Part shown: positions 36,450-51,000 of the stretch, one piece after another | Numbering within the stretch: position 1 is the first letter of the stretch | How the letters are laid out: every line of letters begins with the position of its first letter | Origin: Geosiphon pyriformis uo1 | Taxonomy: Eukaryota; Fungi; Glomeromycota | Direction of reading: 5' to 3' | DNA: 64,000 bases | Assembly: GCA_016748015.1 (NCBI GenBank) | Contig: JAAOMT010000577.1 | Coordinates: 547,871-611,870 of the forward strand | Program-made: the position numbers and the translations under genes | The notes under the pieces: generated by a model | Database searches by the model: none | What the model was told of the DNA's origin: nothing | Seen by the model: only the letters and a program-made list of their open reading frames with translations

Positions 36450-39400
36450 TTTGATGTGTTTGGTTCAATAACTATAATTGGTTCCAGATCTCATGGTATC
36501 TTATTTGGTTGGACTAGTATTCTTTGTACTCCCAGTTATAGAATGTTATTGATAGATGATAATGCTATCTGGTGATATGGTTTTAGTCAATTACCATGTG
36601 CTGCTTTGGCTAAAATTCTGTTGTTCTATCTTAATTTATAAGCTCCATTTTCAAGAATTTCTTCAATGTGAAATAGTCCATCCCATTTGGGGTCAAATTT
36701 TCCACTCCATTGTTTTTCTGCTTTAGTATGATGTAGAAGTACTTTGTCTTCAATCTTGAATTCAACTGGTTTGTCTGGTAGTTGGTTATCATGTCTCTCT
36801 TTTTGTTTCTCTTGTAACTTTTAAATGTTATTAGCTGCTCTTCATTGCTTGTTTTCTAGAGTTTCCATCAAGTCATATGTTCTTTTTAGCAATGTTTCCT
36901 GAAAATTGTCTTCAGTTATTGGTTCTGTTGGATAAGTGTTAACTTTTATCTCGACTGGTAATGTTGCTGTTCTATCATATACTAATTCAAATGGTGTTGT
37001 TTGTGTAGTGTCTTGCTTCATTGTCTGATAAGCAAATAGTACTAATAGTATAAATAAATCCCATTTGTTCTGGTTTTCTTGACTGATTTTGGCAACTGCT
37101 TCACACAATGTTCTATTGAATCTTTCAACTAGTCTATTGGTTTGTGGATGGTATAGTGATAACAATGGTCTTTTAACTCCAAATTTTTGACTTAATTCTG
37201 CCAGTGTTCTGTTCACAAAATGAGTTCCTTGATCTGATAATAGTTCTTTTGGACATCTGTGTTGACAGATCAAATCTTAATAGACAAATTCAGCAACAAA
37301 TTCTGCATCTGCTCTTTGAATGGCTTTTGCTTCTGGCTATTTAGTGAGATAATCCATAGCTACTGCAAAATATCTGTTGCCTCTGCTGGTAATTGTTAAT
37401 AGTCCAACTAAGTCAATTCCAATGTGATCGAATGGTTGTCTCACTTTGATTGGTCTTAATGGTTCATTGGATCTTGTTTCTCCTCTTTTTTGACAAGCAT
37501 CACAATTTTGAACATATTGAATAATGTCTGGATACATTGATGGCCAATAGTATCTTTTTCTGGTTCTTTCTATGGTTGCTTCTTTATAAAAATGTCTTGC
37601 TGTTAGGTCTGAGTGCATGTTGAATAATATTGTCTCTTTCTCTGGTTTTGTGATTACTCTGATTGGTTGATCTGAATTTCTTCTGTTTTTTCAGTAAAGT
37701 ATATTTTGATGATTGATAGAATATTTTGATTGTTGTTTTATGTTGTTTTGTTCTTTTTTGAGATAATTTCTCCTTGAATAATTGAGTATTTATATAATGT
37801 TGAAGTTATTGGTATTTTTGTATATTCATGTTTTGTTATATTTTTGGGTTAAAATGTTTTTAGATTTGTCTTATTTGCAACAATCTGTCAGCATTTCTAT
37901 TGTCTTTTTCTTTTTTATAATGTATTGTATAATTAAATAATGAAAGTTCTATTTTCCATCTGGCATAACAATCATCTGCAAATTCTTGTTTCTGGATTGA
38001 AGTCAATCCCTTGTGATCTATATATATTTCAAACTTTTGGTTCAAGTATTCTCTCCATTTCATAACTGCTTAATAGATTGCTAAATGTTCTAGTGCTGGT
38101 GTTACATAGTTTTTTTCGGCTGGACTTAAGCTTTTACTGGCGTAAGTTACTGGATGTTCTCTTTCATCTGGTCTTTTCTGTAATAGTACTGCTTCCAATG
38201 CTTAACTTGATACATCCGTAATAATGATGAATGGTTTGCTGTGGTCTAAATACATCAACACTAGAGCTTGAATAAGCTTTCTTCTCAATGTGTCGAATGC
38301 TTCTTGTTAAGCTTCAATCCATTCATACTTTACATTCTTGGTTTGTAGATGGTAAAGTGGCTGGACTAGTTTAGAAAAGTCCTTGATGAAATGGTAATAA
38401 TAGCCTGCGAATCCCAAAAATGTCCTTAATTCTGGCAAGTTTGTTGGTACTGGAAAGTTTTTTACTATTGCAATCTTATTTGAATTCATTTTGATACCAT
38501 CTTTGCTCATCATATGTCCCAAAAATTTGAGCTCAGTTTTGCCAAAGAAGTATTTGTTGGCATTTAGTTTCAATCCTGTTCATCTGAGTTTTTCAAATAC
38601 TTGTTGGAGATAATGTAGATAGTCATTAAATGTCTTAGAAAATACATTTGTGTTGTCTAAGTATACAATTACTGATTTCTATAGTAATCCAGTATAAACA
38701 ATTTCCATGAGTCATTGGAATGTTGCTGGAGCATTCATCAAGCCAAATGACATGACTTCAAATTCGAAATTCTCTTCTCTTGTCGTAAATACAGTCTTTT
38801 CTTTGTCGGCTGGGTCCATGGCTACTTGCCAGTAATCACTATCTAAATCTAGTATTGAGAACCATTTATTTCTTCCAAAGGTGTCGAATAGTTCTTGAAT
38901 TTTTGGAGTTGGGTAGCTGTCTTTTTTGGTTACTCCATTTAATTTCTGGTAATCTGCACAAAAGCAGATTTTTCTATTCTTCTTTCAAACTAGTACTACT
39001 GGTAATAACCATGGACTCATTGATGGCTGAATTAGTCCATTGTCAAGCATCCAATTGATTTCTTAACAAATAATCTCATGACTAGCTGGTGGTACTCTGT
39101 ATGCTCTTTGCTTAATTGGCATTGCATCTCCAGTCTTGATCTGATGCTAAATAATATTGGTGTGGCCAAATTCATTTTTGCTTGCAAAGATGTCATTGAA
39201 ATTACTGAGTAACATTTTTAGTTGCATTTGTTGGAGTGGGTCTAGATTCCCTATGTTGATCTGTTTTAATTGTTCTGGTTGGAGTAGATAACATTCACTT
39301 CATCCATATATAGTCTGTAATGTAATGTCTATATATCCACAAAGCTGTAAAAAGTCTGGAATATGGTTTGGTGGTTGATTCTCAACTTCAGTGGTTAAAT

Positions 39401-42400
39401 ATTCAGTGATGATTCCTTTTGGTATTTTAATGACATTTTCTGTTGTGTTGTAGATGGGAATTTTGATATTTTTGGGGCTTTTGGCTGATATATAGAGATT
39501 TGTGAATCTAATTTCTTCTGATTCGCAAATGGTGGCTTCTGCTTCAAACAACTAAGCTTGATTCTTTACTTTTCTTTTTATTGCTAACATATACTGGTCA
39601 TATGGTGGAATAAAAATTAATTGATGGGTTAAGATAATTTCTCCTTTGTCAATAACCTCTTCCTCTGCCATATTAACTGATATGTCTATTCTACCCATTG
39701 ATTCAAATCCCTGTATCTCTCTAGTAGTAATCCCTAATTCTTCTCTGTTTTCCACTAACACTAATTGAGCTATTTTTACCAGAGGTAGGAATATTGCCTG
39801 TGCTATCTTTTTGTTTAGATCTATAGTATATGTTTTTTCTGAATTATTTTGTAGCATAGCAATAATATTTTCTACATATTCTGTGTCAATTATTCCTCCT
39901 CTGATGTTTATTCTTTTTTTTGCTAAACTACTCTTGGATGCTAATTGAACCATTGTTGTTGCTAGAATTTCCAGTGCTATTTTTAGATCAATGCAAGTGT
40001 GCAAATGTGATTCCAATTTGATGGAATCTTTCCTTGGATATCTCAGATCAAATTCTGTATCAGTATCATGCATGTGTTCAGGCATAATACCTTCATTATT
40101 ATCACTGAACTATTTCAGTTCTTGCTTCTTGGTAAGATCAGAAAGAGTGATATATGTTTTAGAGTTTGAATTGGGGTCTGAATTGTTGTTATTTTTGTTG
40201 CTGTTTTGAGCTGAGCTAGAACCAGTGTTTTCATTGTTGTCATTGTCAGAGTTTGAATTGGAATTGAAAACTGATTCTGATTCTGATGCACAGTTACTGA
40301 TTGGCTCTTCTTTCTCTGGGATTGTGTAGATCATGCATGGTAGTAAATTGTAAATGAAGTCACATTTATTACAATATTAGAAGTTACATGGGATTAAACA
40401 GTGGTCACATAATTGAGTGTTGATTTCTTTTAAGCATTGCTTCTGCTCTTTTCTAGTGGGTGCTAGACACTGGTAGTGTTCGTGAAATTTTTTTGGATTG
40501 TCCTCTATGTTGCCAAAGATGTCGAAAGTTTATACGTATTCAGGTTTAGGAAGAGACAAAAGGTTGTTTTTGATTTCTAGTAGTTCACTGGTTGTCACGC
40601 TTTCTGCTTTCACATATGTCAATCTCTATAGTTTATTTTTGTTGTAAGAATATCCTTCCAATTGTCGCAATGCTCGTTTCCAGACATCATCGATTAGTGT
40701 TCTTTGTTTACCCAGTTGTTGATTAGAATCGTATACTGACACATTTTATTGCACGTTCCTCTATGCCCAGGAATGTCATTCCACATTTCTTTGTTGGGCA
40801 AAATGGTTCCACATGTGAGACACAGTTGGTTGCTTCACTTTCTTTGTTGTTTCAGTCATCCAAAGCGTTTTATGACGCATGGGTGGCAATAAAATTTTGT
40901 TGCCATGGAGTATTCCTTGTTATTGCCACAGCATGCACCCATTGACAACAATCTCTTGCCACAATTGACACACTCTCATTTTGGTTGACAATAATTGGAT
41001 GGTGGTAATGAAGTGTAAGCATATGGACTATAAGTACTACTGGTGAAAGAGGTTTCTTTTTTTTTCCTTTTTTTTTTTCCCTTATCAGTTTCTTCCCACT
41101 TCCAGTTTGCTGGTTCATCTTGGTCATTATCAGTTTCCTAGTTTTGATTGGTATTCTAGGTAAGTTCTTTGATTTCCTTTCCTTTTCCCTTGTCATTCCA
41201 AGAAAGTATTGGTGGTAGCTTATTGTAGTCTTTGTTGGCCCAAGAGACTTAGTACACTTCGCAGGTAGGTTTCTTTTTTTTTTCTTTGAATTTAATAAGT
41301 GGAGCTAATGGCATAGTGATGGGTTTGAAATGGCTACATGTGGCTGGTACATGTGTATGTCATCTGTTCTGGCTAAGCTGAAGCTTTTGGGTGTTCCAGT
41401 CGAGTGTTGCATTAATTTTGAACAGCCAGTCATTACCTATTAGTGCTTGATATTGAGTGGCTTCCATGACTAATATCTTGATTGGTACAGTGATGCCATT
41501 GATTTCTATGGACAAGTTATCTATTTCATCAATTGGAGTTTTGGTAGTTTTATCAGCTGTAATTATCCTTGCACTAACAGCTCGATCAACTTGGCAATCT
41601 AATTGGTCTATGAGCTGTCTTGTGATGATACTGCCAGTTGATCCACTATCTAGGATCAGTTTGATGAACTGACCATCAATTTTGGCATCTATGTACATCA
41701 CCGTAATAGATTTTTCCTCGAGTGCAGCTCCACTGAACAAAAAAGTTTCTGTCAGTTCTTTGATTTCGAAAGGAAATATAGCTGCTAGAAACTCGTCTTC
41801 CATAACAATGGCTGGTAGAATATTGGTAAGTAATTGCTTCTGTTTGGGTTCCCGAGTGTTGGATGAGACGTCTTTTGTGGTAACCAGAAGACTTAAATAG
41901 TTCTAGGAACTCGGGTTTTGAGTATACCCAGTTCCTGAACTCTGCTGTCATAATCTTGATGGCTGGTTGAATGAACTGGGGATCAGTTGGTGAACAATCA
42001 TCACCGATCTCCAGTTTTGGGTGATTCTTGATCTAGGGTTTTTTATTGTTATTTGAGCTGAGTTTGATGGTGGTGTTTGAACTGTGGGTGTCTGATAAAT
42101 TATTTGTGGCTGCAGTGGTTGATATATTATTGGTGGCTGTGATTAATAAACTGGAAGTTGATATATAGGTGGTTGATATATTGGCTGTTGTGTCATTGGC
42201 AGATAAGTCAGTTAATAGGGTGCTGGTTTAGATTGGTAACTTAGAGTTGAGAACTGGTGATTAGGGTTTTGATATTGATTTCCTAATTGTTAGTTATTAT
42301 TATAAAATTAGCAGTCAGCTCTAATGTGGCTTTGTTTACTACAGTTATGGCAGACATGTATCTCTTGTTGCCACAGCTGATTTGGAGATGATAATGAACA

Positions 42401-44086
42401 TAACTGATTTTGGAAATGATTCATGTTTTTTGAATTATTGCATTATTGTGGTGGTTGATAAATTGCATGATTGTCAGTTAAGTATCCTTCCAATTTTTAA
42501 TTAATTGAATTACTGAATTGTTTCAATTTGGAATTCAATTCAGATGATCCATTCATCACTAGGTTAACAGCTTAGGCATGGTTAGCTTTGAGTTCAACTA
42601 CTTCAAAATCTCGGGTGTTGATAACTGCAGCTTAAAGATCTGTTGGATGCATTGGACATATGCGTTGGAGGATGCTCCTGTGCAGGCCTCTAATAAATTG
42701 GTTTAGAATTTGGGACACTGTAAAATAATCAGTCTGAATTGCTTGAATTTGGCACAGATTTTTATGGAAGCATCCTAAGTAAATAGTGACTGCTTCATTT
42801 TCCTTTTGTTTGATAGTGGTGAAAGTGTTTGCTAGCTAATTAATACTATTATTGTTACTGAAGTATTGTAGGAATGCAAGCTTGAATGTAGCAAAATCTT
42901 GGGGTTTGTTAACCAAGCTTTAATACCATGAATTGGTGGTATCTTGGAGAAAGTAAGGAATGGCCTGCATAGCTCTGGCGTTATTCCAGCCATTGGCTAT
43001 GATGGCTTTCTTCACATCATTTAGCCACATTTGGGCATCATCTTTTTCACTAGTGAATTTCTCAAGTTTTGCTATCAGAGCATAGGCCATTAGATCAATA
43101 TTTGGTTGTTGTAGTTGTTGTTGCTGCTCTTGAAGCGGCTGCTGTGGTTGTTGAGATGGTTGAAGTAGCTGCTGTTGCTGTTCATCAATTGGTGGAGCTG
43201 GATTAATCATGATTACTGAAGGTAAGTGTTGTTGATTATTGATGTCAGGATTGCAATCATTCTGATTGTGCTGTGTTTAGAAATTTGGAGTCTCAATTTT
43301 TGGATTTTTCAAATTTGGATTTGGCTGAGTCTGAAAATTTGGGGTTTCAATGTTTGGGTTTTCTGAGATCAGTTTCTGGTAAGTAAATTCTTGATCTTCA
43401 GATTCTTTTTCCTCTTCTTCTTGTTTTTTTTCTGAATCCATTACTTTCCAAGGACTCACGATTCCAAAATCTGGTTGCAGTAGTGGAGATCAAAGTCCTG
43501 ATGGCGTTAAAGATTGTGACTTAAATCCTTTAAAATATGCACCATATAGTCCTAGAAAATCTTTTTTTCTCTGTTTACACTGAAATAGGAAGCATTCAAA
43601 TGTGGATGTTGTATTTGATGTGAATGTGCTTGTTGATGTGATGTTGATGGTGCTTCCAAGTGTATAGTGGTATGATGGATTTGTTGGTGATTCAATTCTG
43701 TGTTTCTTCCAAGTAGGTGGTTGGATCTGTTGAGGTGTTACTGCTGGTGTTTGTAATTTTTCTTTGTCTTTATTGGCATAAGTGATTGGGTATCTTTGTT
43801 GTGTGTGATGTTCAATTTTTTTATTAATTTTAGTGATGATAGATGCGAAATTATAATTTGTTAGTAAGCTGGTGTTTTGGATTAATTCATGATAAAAAGT
43901 TTCTCTTGCTAATTCAATGTTTACTGGTGTTTTTAACAAATAGGCAATTTTTTTGTTAATGTAGAAATTAAAGACTGATTCTGCTAATATCTAATTATAG
44001 TTCAATCCTAAGTGTTGACAGTAGTATTAAAATAAGAATTTTGTGAATCCTAAATGGTTTGCTCCTATACTTTCTGATTTTGCCAT
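36450..44086 (-). pseudogene. B gag-pol (same domain order as A)
   Basis: MAKSESIGANHLGF; CHNCSKQSHIRADC near 42330; LILDSGSTGS; dUTPase at 39693-40110; YLDN(<YLDD) near 38660; CDAC, GIDLVGL, SDQGTHF, LVERFNRTL. Confidence 0.94.
39693..40110 (-). other. dUTPase domain in the B polyprotein
   Basis: DTEFDL, SKSSLA, GGIIDTEYVENI, KIAQ, REIQGFESMG (transition-decayed motifs 1-5). Confidence 0.9.
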
Positions 44087-44126
44087 TGTTGATTTATTTG
44101 TTGATGCTGGTTCTCTGTAAGATTAT

Positions 44127-44144
44127 ATCTTACAGGGAGCACCA
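44127..44144 (-). promoter_or_regulatory. PBS of B
   Basis: TGGTGCTCCCTGTAAGAT next to the 5' LTR. Confidence 0.85.
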
Positions 44145-44146
44145 AA

Positions 44147-45013
44147 TGTTACAGATGATTATTTGGGGTCTTAGATCAAATAACAAATCCGTAATATGGT
44201 GCTTGGTTGGTATTTTGGAGTTGATATCTGAAGGTTTTGTTGTGAAGTTCTTTGTATAATGAACAGAGAGTTAATTGATGAGTTTATTTGTAGCTTCCCG
44301 AAACTGCAGTTTTGTCAAATTTTTTTCTCAGTATGATGGCCAGTAATCCTTCTGGTAAGTTATTCTCAAATTTATGAGTGTTTCACCCTTGTTTCATGGG
44401 TCTTTTACCAGTCACTATGACATCTGTATTTCAGTGTTTTAATTCTCAATTGATTAGTATACAACAATAAAATCAAAGAAAGAGAAGAAAATAAAATAAA
44501 ATAAAATAAAATAAAAAAATAAGCCAAGACAATGCACAAGTTAGTATTCCATTAATAGCCATGATTAAGAGCTATTGTTTCAGTGGGGTTAAGTATCAAT
44601 TATTATCAACATGAAGTGTTGATAGTAATGAGTGAATTGAGATAGTAAATAATTATTTATTGATATTTGTAATGTGGAAGGTTTCTAATTGATGGATTCT
44701 GCTCTTTCTACTTCTAATGCTACCACTATATATACATAATTGATGTTCTATGAGATTGCTCACATTTCTGAACAATGTGCTATAATTTTTTGAGCAATAC
44801 TTACATTGCTGAGTAATGTACTCTCATTTTCTAATATTGTTCCACATTGCTGAGCAATGTGCCATGTTTTCTGATATTGCTCCATATTGTTAAGCAATAT
44901 GCCGTGATTTCTATCATTGCTCTACATTGTTGAGCAATGTGCTCATGTGCTACATATTATTCTTCTATTGGTCTACTATTTTTCTATATCTGTTTTTTTT
45001 TCTATGAATAACA
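44147..45013 (-). repeat. B 5' LTR (867 bp) with five approximately 40-bp palindromic units in U3
   Basis: TGTTA...TAACA termini; CACATTGCTGAGCAATGTG-like units at 44761, 44802, 44843, 44883 and 44923. Confidence 0.95.
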
Positions 45014-45017
45014 TCAC

Positions 45018-48000
45018 AATTGAAAACAGAAGATCTGAACAGTAAAACTCTTGCCACCTACTTCTAAGAACTTAACTTTAGCATTATTCAGTATTGTGAA
45101 AAAAAATACTCAGTACAATCTAGATATTCTATTGATTTTGAATCAGAAACAAAAATAAGCAACAGAGATAAACAAAAACTAAAGCAATATTTAAGCATTA
45201 TCCCAACCACCCCAAAGACACCAAAAATAACTGCCAAACACTTGCAAACTTCAGAACAAAAAACCAGCACCAGACTTTTACTTTCAATTACATTCTTTTT
45301 AATTTTACTTGCTCAACCACAAACACCAAATTCATCACTTATCTGCTTCTTAAGACCAGAAAATTTTTAGTCACCCAAAAGTCCTACTTAACAACAGAAA
45401 CCCATATTAACCAGCACCAATATTATTGATTATTTACAAAAAGATGAAAGTAATCATTCAGAGAACTTGGAAAGTAAGAAAACTGAATCAAAACAAAAAA
45501 AAACTACAGAAAACAAAAAAAAATAGCAACTGCTTATATTGCAAAAATCCCAAAATTTACTAATAAAGATAATAATACCAGCCCTTAAGAATGACTTAAC
45601 AAAGTTCAGAAAACAGAAAATGCAAATGGTTGGAATACAGTAAAAATGCTCAAAGCAATCCCATATTTTCTTCAAAAAACTGCAGGAGAATGGTTTGAAA
45701 ACTTAGAAAAACTATTTAAAAACTGGCAAGCATTTAAAGATGCTTTCTTATAACAATTCACTGACAACAACACCTCTATTAATTTTCATAATTGCTTTTA
45801 CAATATCAAACAAAAAACATCTGAAACTGCTATAATCTATCTTGAGAAATTTAACAAACTTCTTTGACAAATTTAACAATTAGAAACCAATAAATACTAT
45901 TCCAATGCCCAAATTTTGGATCAGTTCATAGCAGGATTAAAGAACAAATTAATCAAAAAAGTTCACTTACATGCTCCTGAAAACTTAGTGACAGCCATTA
46001 GACATGCAAAAAACTATGAAATGGCAATAGAAGAAGCAAATCATACAAAACTTGTAAATCTTGCTATTAGAAAAACCAGCTTAGCAGCTGAAAAAAAAAT
46101 TGACCAACTTACAAAAAAGATTGAGAACTATTTCACCAATTAGCAACAACAGCAACAATCACAAAAATATTAGCCACCACAACAACAAAACCAAACCAAT
46201 TATTCATCATCATCAAACAATCAAAACCAAAGTTGTTATTATTGTGGGATTTCAGGACATTGGAAATGAAATTGCAGAAAGCTACAAAAAGACCAACAAA
46301 ACAGGAGTAATTAGTATTACTTTTTAATACAGCAATCTCATTATTAGTCTCCACTACCAGCCTACTATTCCTCAAAACCCCAACAGCAAACCAATTACTA
46401 TCAATCTGCTCTACAGTAACAATATTAACAACCTCTACCAATTCAACAGTATCAGTTACCTACACAATAATATTAAGTACCAGCTCGAAAATTGGTTCAA
46501 CATAACCAATTCATATTTCAAAATCAATTTCAGAATAACAAACCCAAATAACCAGTTGGTTTTCTGGAATTCTGGTTAGCAAAAACCCAACTACTATCAC
46601 ACTTAATCCAGTTATCTTACAATGCTTAAAGGATCGAATTTTCAACAAACTGCACTTTCTGAAGATAAAGTTGCAGCACCAAAATCAAACCCTTTCAACA
46701 ATACTATTCTATCAGTTCAAATTGCCCAAATGCCAATTTTTTAGATATATTTTTATTTGAATTTGAAGCAAATAAATCTCTATTTTTGCTTAGCAATACA
46801 GCAGTCAATGAGCAAAAAGCAATTACTATTATGTATACAGAAGTTGAAATGGAAGACAAACCCATTCAATTAATTTTAGACAATGAATTAGCTGGAAGTA
46901 TTATTATCTACCAACTAATAAAACAACTTTAACAAACTGTTAACAAACCAGCTCAAACTGTAATTGTTACAACTGATGGTATAAAAAAAACACCAGTAAA
47001 AAAGATAGACAACTTTCTATTTACTATTGATGAAATTACTATTTCAGTCAAAGTTTTAATCATAAACACACTTCAATATCAAGCTCTTGTCAAAAATAAT
47101 TGACTTCTTAAGACCAATGCAAATTTAGATTGAAAAATCCAGAAATTGAAAATTTCATACCAAAGACAATATATCAAAGTACCTGTTATTTGTGATATTT
47201 TTAATAAAAAATCCGAAAAAGTCCTAGTATTCAAATTTGAAGAGAAAAAAAAACTACCAATTATTGAAAACTTTATGGCTCTTGGATTACCATCCAATTG
47301 GGCTGAGGAAACAGAACAAAAAATCTTTGAGGAAATCAGAAGATAGTATATAGTTATATATTTTATACCAGAACCATAAAAACAACCACCCTATATTCTA
47401 CTTAAATGCAAAAATTGCAACAAGAAACTTTCATCAATGAGAGCATGTATTTTTCCAGAAGAGAAATATAAAACTTATATTTATTACTACTGTAAAACAT
47501 GTTATAGAAAATAATTTGAATACTCTAAACAAAGTGGAAAATAGGACAACACTCTATGTTTTACATATAAAGATATGCTACCAAAAGAATACAACTGAAT
47601 TGATGTTGCAATGAAAAGAGGAGTATGTAATCAAATCTGCCAATATGCTCTATTAATTTCGGAAAAAATCAGAAGAGGAACACTCTTTGATGCAGTATAT
47701 AATAGTGCTCTCAACAAACTCTACTATTATTTTTATAATGCTAAAATGATCTTTGAACTAGCAATGGCTTTAATCAATAGAGCCACACAAGAGGATGTCT
47801 ACCAAATGAAAGAAACTGAATATATTGAATACATAATAGAATTAGCTAGATTCAACTATAAAGATAAAATAGAAACATACCACTAAATTGCAAGTTACAC
47901 TTATTCAATACAAGAAGCTCAAATTCAATAATTAGAGCAAATGAATATTCAATTATGTGAAAAATACATCATGCTTTGTGATAACAAATAGTGTCTAGAA

Positions 48001-51000
48001 TGCTATGCCTTTAGTATCCTCTTATCTAACAAAGATAACCAAAAGAAAATTGAGTTTAGAGAATCTAAGCCAGAAGAAAAAACTACAACAACTTCAATCT
48101 ATCTTACTAAAAATTAGTCTGCTATACAACTCAAATACTTTGATAACAATAGACAAGAAATAAAACCAGAAAAAGCCCATAAAATTAATGTAAAATATGA
48201 CCTAAGATATCTTGGCAAAGACACTTTGGTTTTCCAACCAAAATTCTTAACCAAAATCAACTTCAGAATTGTTTTTGAAATACTACCAAGAGCAATGATA
48301 CAAATTGCTTCCTGATCATCATTGGCAAGCAAAAAAATTAATGTTAGAGAAAGAATCATAAATGCAGGATACACTAAAAACATTATTATTATGTTATAGA
48401 ATAAAACAGACAAATTATTTAGAATTGAACATGCTGAAAAAATTGCTTAAACAATTTACTTACCTTTAATCAACATTTCGAGTTTATAATCAGTTAACAA
48501 CAGAAAACAATTAGGAAAAACTAAAAGAGAAACTCAAAGTTTTGATTCAACTAGACAATTTACAGTTCCAGTAAACATAGCTCTTAATACACAAAATGAA
48601 TCTCACCAGATTTTTCAACTTTCTTAACCAATTACTATTTTACTTTTTGAAGAGCATTATGAAATCTACACTTGCTCAAAATCTATTACTATCCAACAAA
48701 TTTTTGAATTCAATGAATAAATCTGTTCAAAACATGAAATTTCAATTTTAAATGTCTACATACCAAAAAAAATGAAAAAATTTCTACAATCTCAACAACT
48801 ACCCCATTGTTTTATTAAATAAATTAGAAATTAAAATCATACATAGCAATATTTTTCAAGATAAAAACCCTCAAATTGTCAGCAATTTCATCAAAATTGT
48901 AAGACATACACTACTTTCAAATTCAAATATCATTGCTATTACTGAAAACTACCATTTTTTGAAAAAAAAACTATCTCAAATTAACATGGATCTCTTGAAA
49001 CCTTAACAACAAAGACAATTAAAACAGTTAATAGCTGAATTTGCTGATTTATTTGCAAATGACAACAATAATCTTGGAAAAATTAATATTATTCAACATC
49101 AAATCATACAAAAGATGCTTCACTAAAACATTAACAAGCTTATTGAGTACTACTTGTTAACCACCAATTTATTAGGAAAGAAATTTAAAGAATGCTTAAT
49201 AATAGATTAATTTAATTATTAAGAAGTTTTTGGGTCTTATCAATAGTTCTTGTCAAAAACAAAAATAGAAAAATTAGATTCTGTGTAAACTATCATCAGC
49301 TCAATAGTATAACAATTGGAGATGCCTACTTTTTTTTAAGAATTAATAACATGCTAAATGCTCTAAGAAAAGCCAAGTTCTTTTCAACTTTAGACTTAGA
49401 AAGTAGATACTGACAAGTCAAAATAGACCCAAAAAATTGACCCAAAACAGCATTTACCATTCAAGAATGAAACTATGAATTCAATATTATGCTTTTTAAA
49501 CTCTGCAATATACTAGCAACATTTTAGCAATTCATAGATGTTGTATATGAAAAACTTTTATGGCAATCAGTAGTTGTTTATCTTAATAACACTAATGTAT
49601 ACTAACCAAGCTTTGAAGCTTATCTTATTTATTTGTAAAAAATTTTTCAATAATTACAGAAAGCAAGATTGAAGTTGAATATTGAAAAATATCACTTTGA
49701 AAAAACAAGTTTAATCTTTTTTGGACATATTGTTAGCAAAGATAAAGTCAAACCAAATCCAAGAACAATCAGTATTGTCAAAAACTTTCAAACTCCCAAA
49801 AATACTATAGAGCTATGAGGATTTGTAGAATTAGTCTCTTACTATCGAAAATTCATCAAAAAATTCTCAGAAATTGCCAAACCACTCAATTATCTTATCA
49901 ACAAAAATGTGCTATATCAATGGACTAAAGAACAACAGAAAGTCTTTAAAACTCTTAAAACAAAGCTGACAATAGCTTTAGTTCTTGCTTATCCAAACTT
50001 CAACAAATAGTTTCAACTAGTTACTGATGCTTCACACATAATATTTGGTGTTATCTTATTACAATTAGATGAAAATGACCAGGAGCAAATCATTGTTTAT
50101 GTTAGTAGAACACTCAAATCAACAGAACTCAAATATAATTTAACAGAATTATAAGCTGCTGCAATTATTTGGGCTCTTAAACACTTTTAATAATACCTAA
50201 AAAATGGAAAAGAATTTGACATTATAACTAATAATATTGGCTTCAAATAACTCAATAAAAAGAAAACAGAACAAAATGCCAAACAGTTGTAATAGAATAA
50301 TTTTTTAGCAGACTACAAAGATATTGTATATTACAAACCAGGAAAACTACACACCAATATTAATAGCCTTTTAAGAATAAGACAAAATTAATACCAACAG
50401 CAATTTCACCACAACTTACTAACTTATTAACAAAAATAACCAAACAACAATGGATCCCAGAAATTACAACAACATCAAAAACTATTTGGAGACTTTTACT
50501 ATGTCAGAAAATTGGTTTTCAAGTGAAAAACATTGACTACAACACCAAGCAAAACAATATTTTATACATCATAACAAAATCTATTATATAAATTGCAGAA
50601 ATCTAAACCAATTACTCAGATTAATACAAGAGAATGAAAAAAAAAATTTTATACAACATGTACACAGATCTATTTTCAGCACACTTGGAAAGAGATAAAA
50701 CAATTCAAAAAACCCTTGAACATTATTTTTGGTCTTACATGCAAAAAGATATTTAACAATATATAAAATCTTGTGATAGTTATTAAAGAAGAAAAAAAAT
50801 TTGTCCCACAGAATCTTTAAATTTAATCAAAGTTGGACAACTTTTTAACAGAATTAAAATTAATTTAGTCGAACTATTATCTATTACAATTCAAGAAAAT
50901 TGTTATATTGCAGCTGCAGTAGATTATTTTACTAAATAGCCTAAAACTAAAGTCATTTAAAGAGCAGATGCAAAATCAATAGCAAATTTTATTTATAAAA

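Larger units (their letters stand above)
25020..45013 (-). mobile_element. Gypsy B: complete element (about 10.1 kb without insert), with its 3' LTR split by element A
   Basis: 5' LTR 44147-45013; 3' LTR 25020-25144 plus 35004-35740; perfect 4-bp TSD tcac (25016-25019 and 45014-45017); PBS 44127-44144; PPT 35741-35757. Confidence 0.95.

Noticed and set aside
44761-44941. CRISPR-like look of 19-bp palindromes separated by about 21-bp spacers
   Set aside because: The spacers resemble each other (a tandem 40-mer), the array lies in both LTRs of a retrotransposon, there are no cas genes, and the context is eukaryotic.
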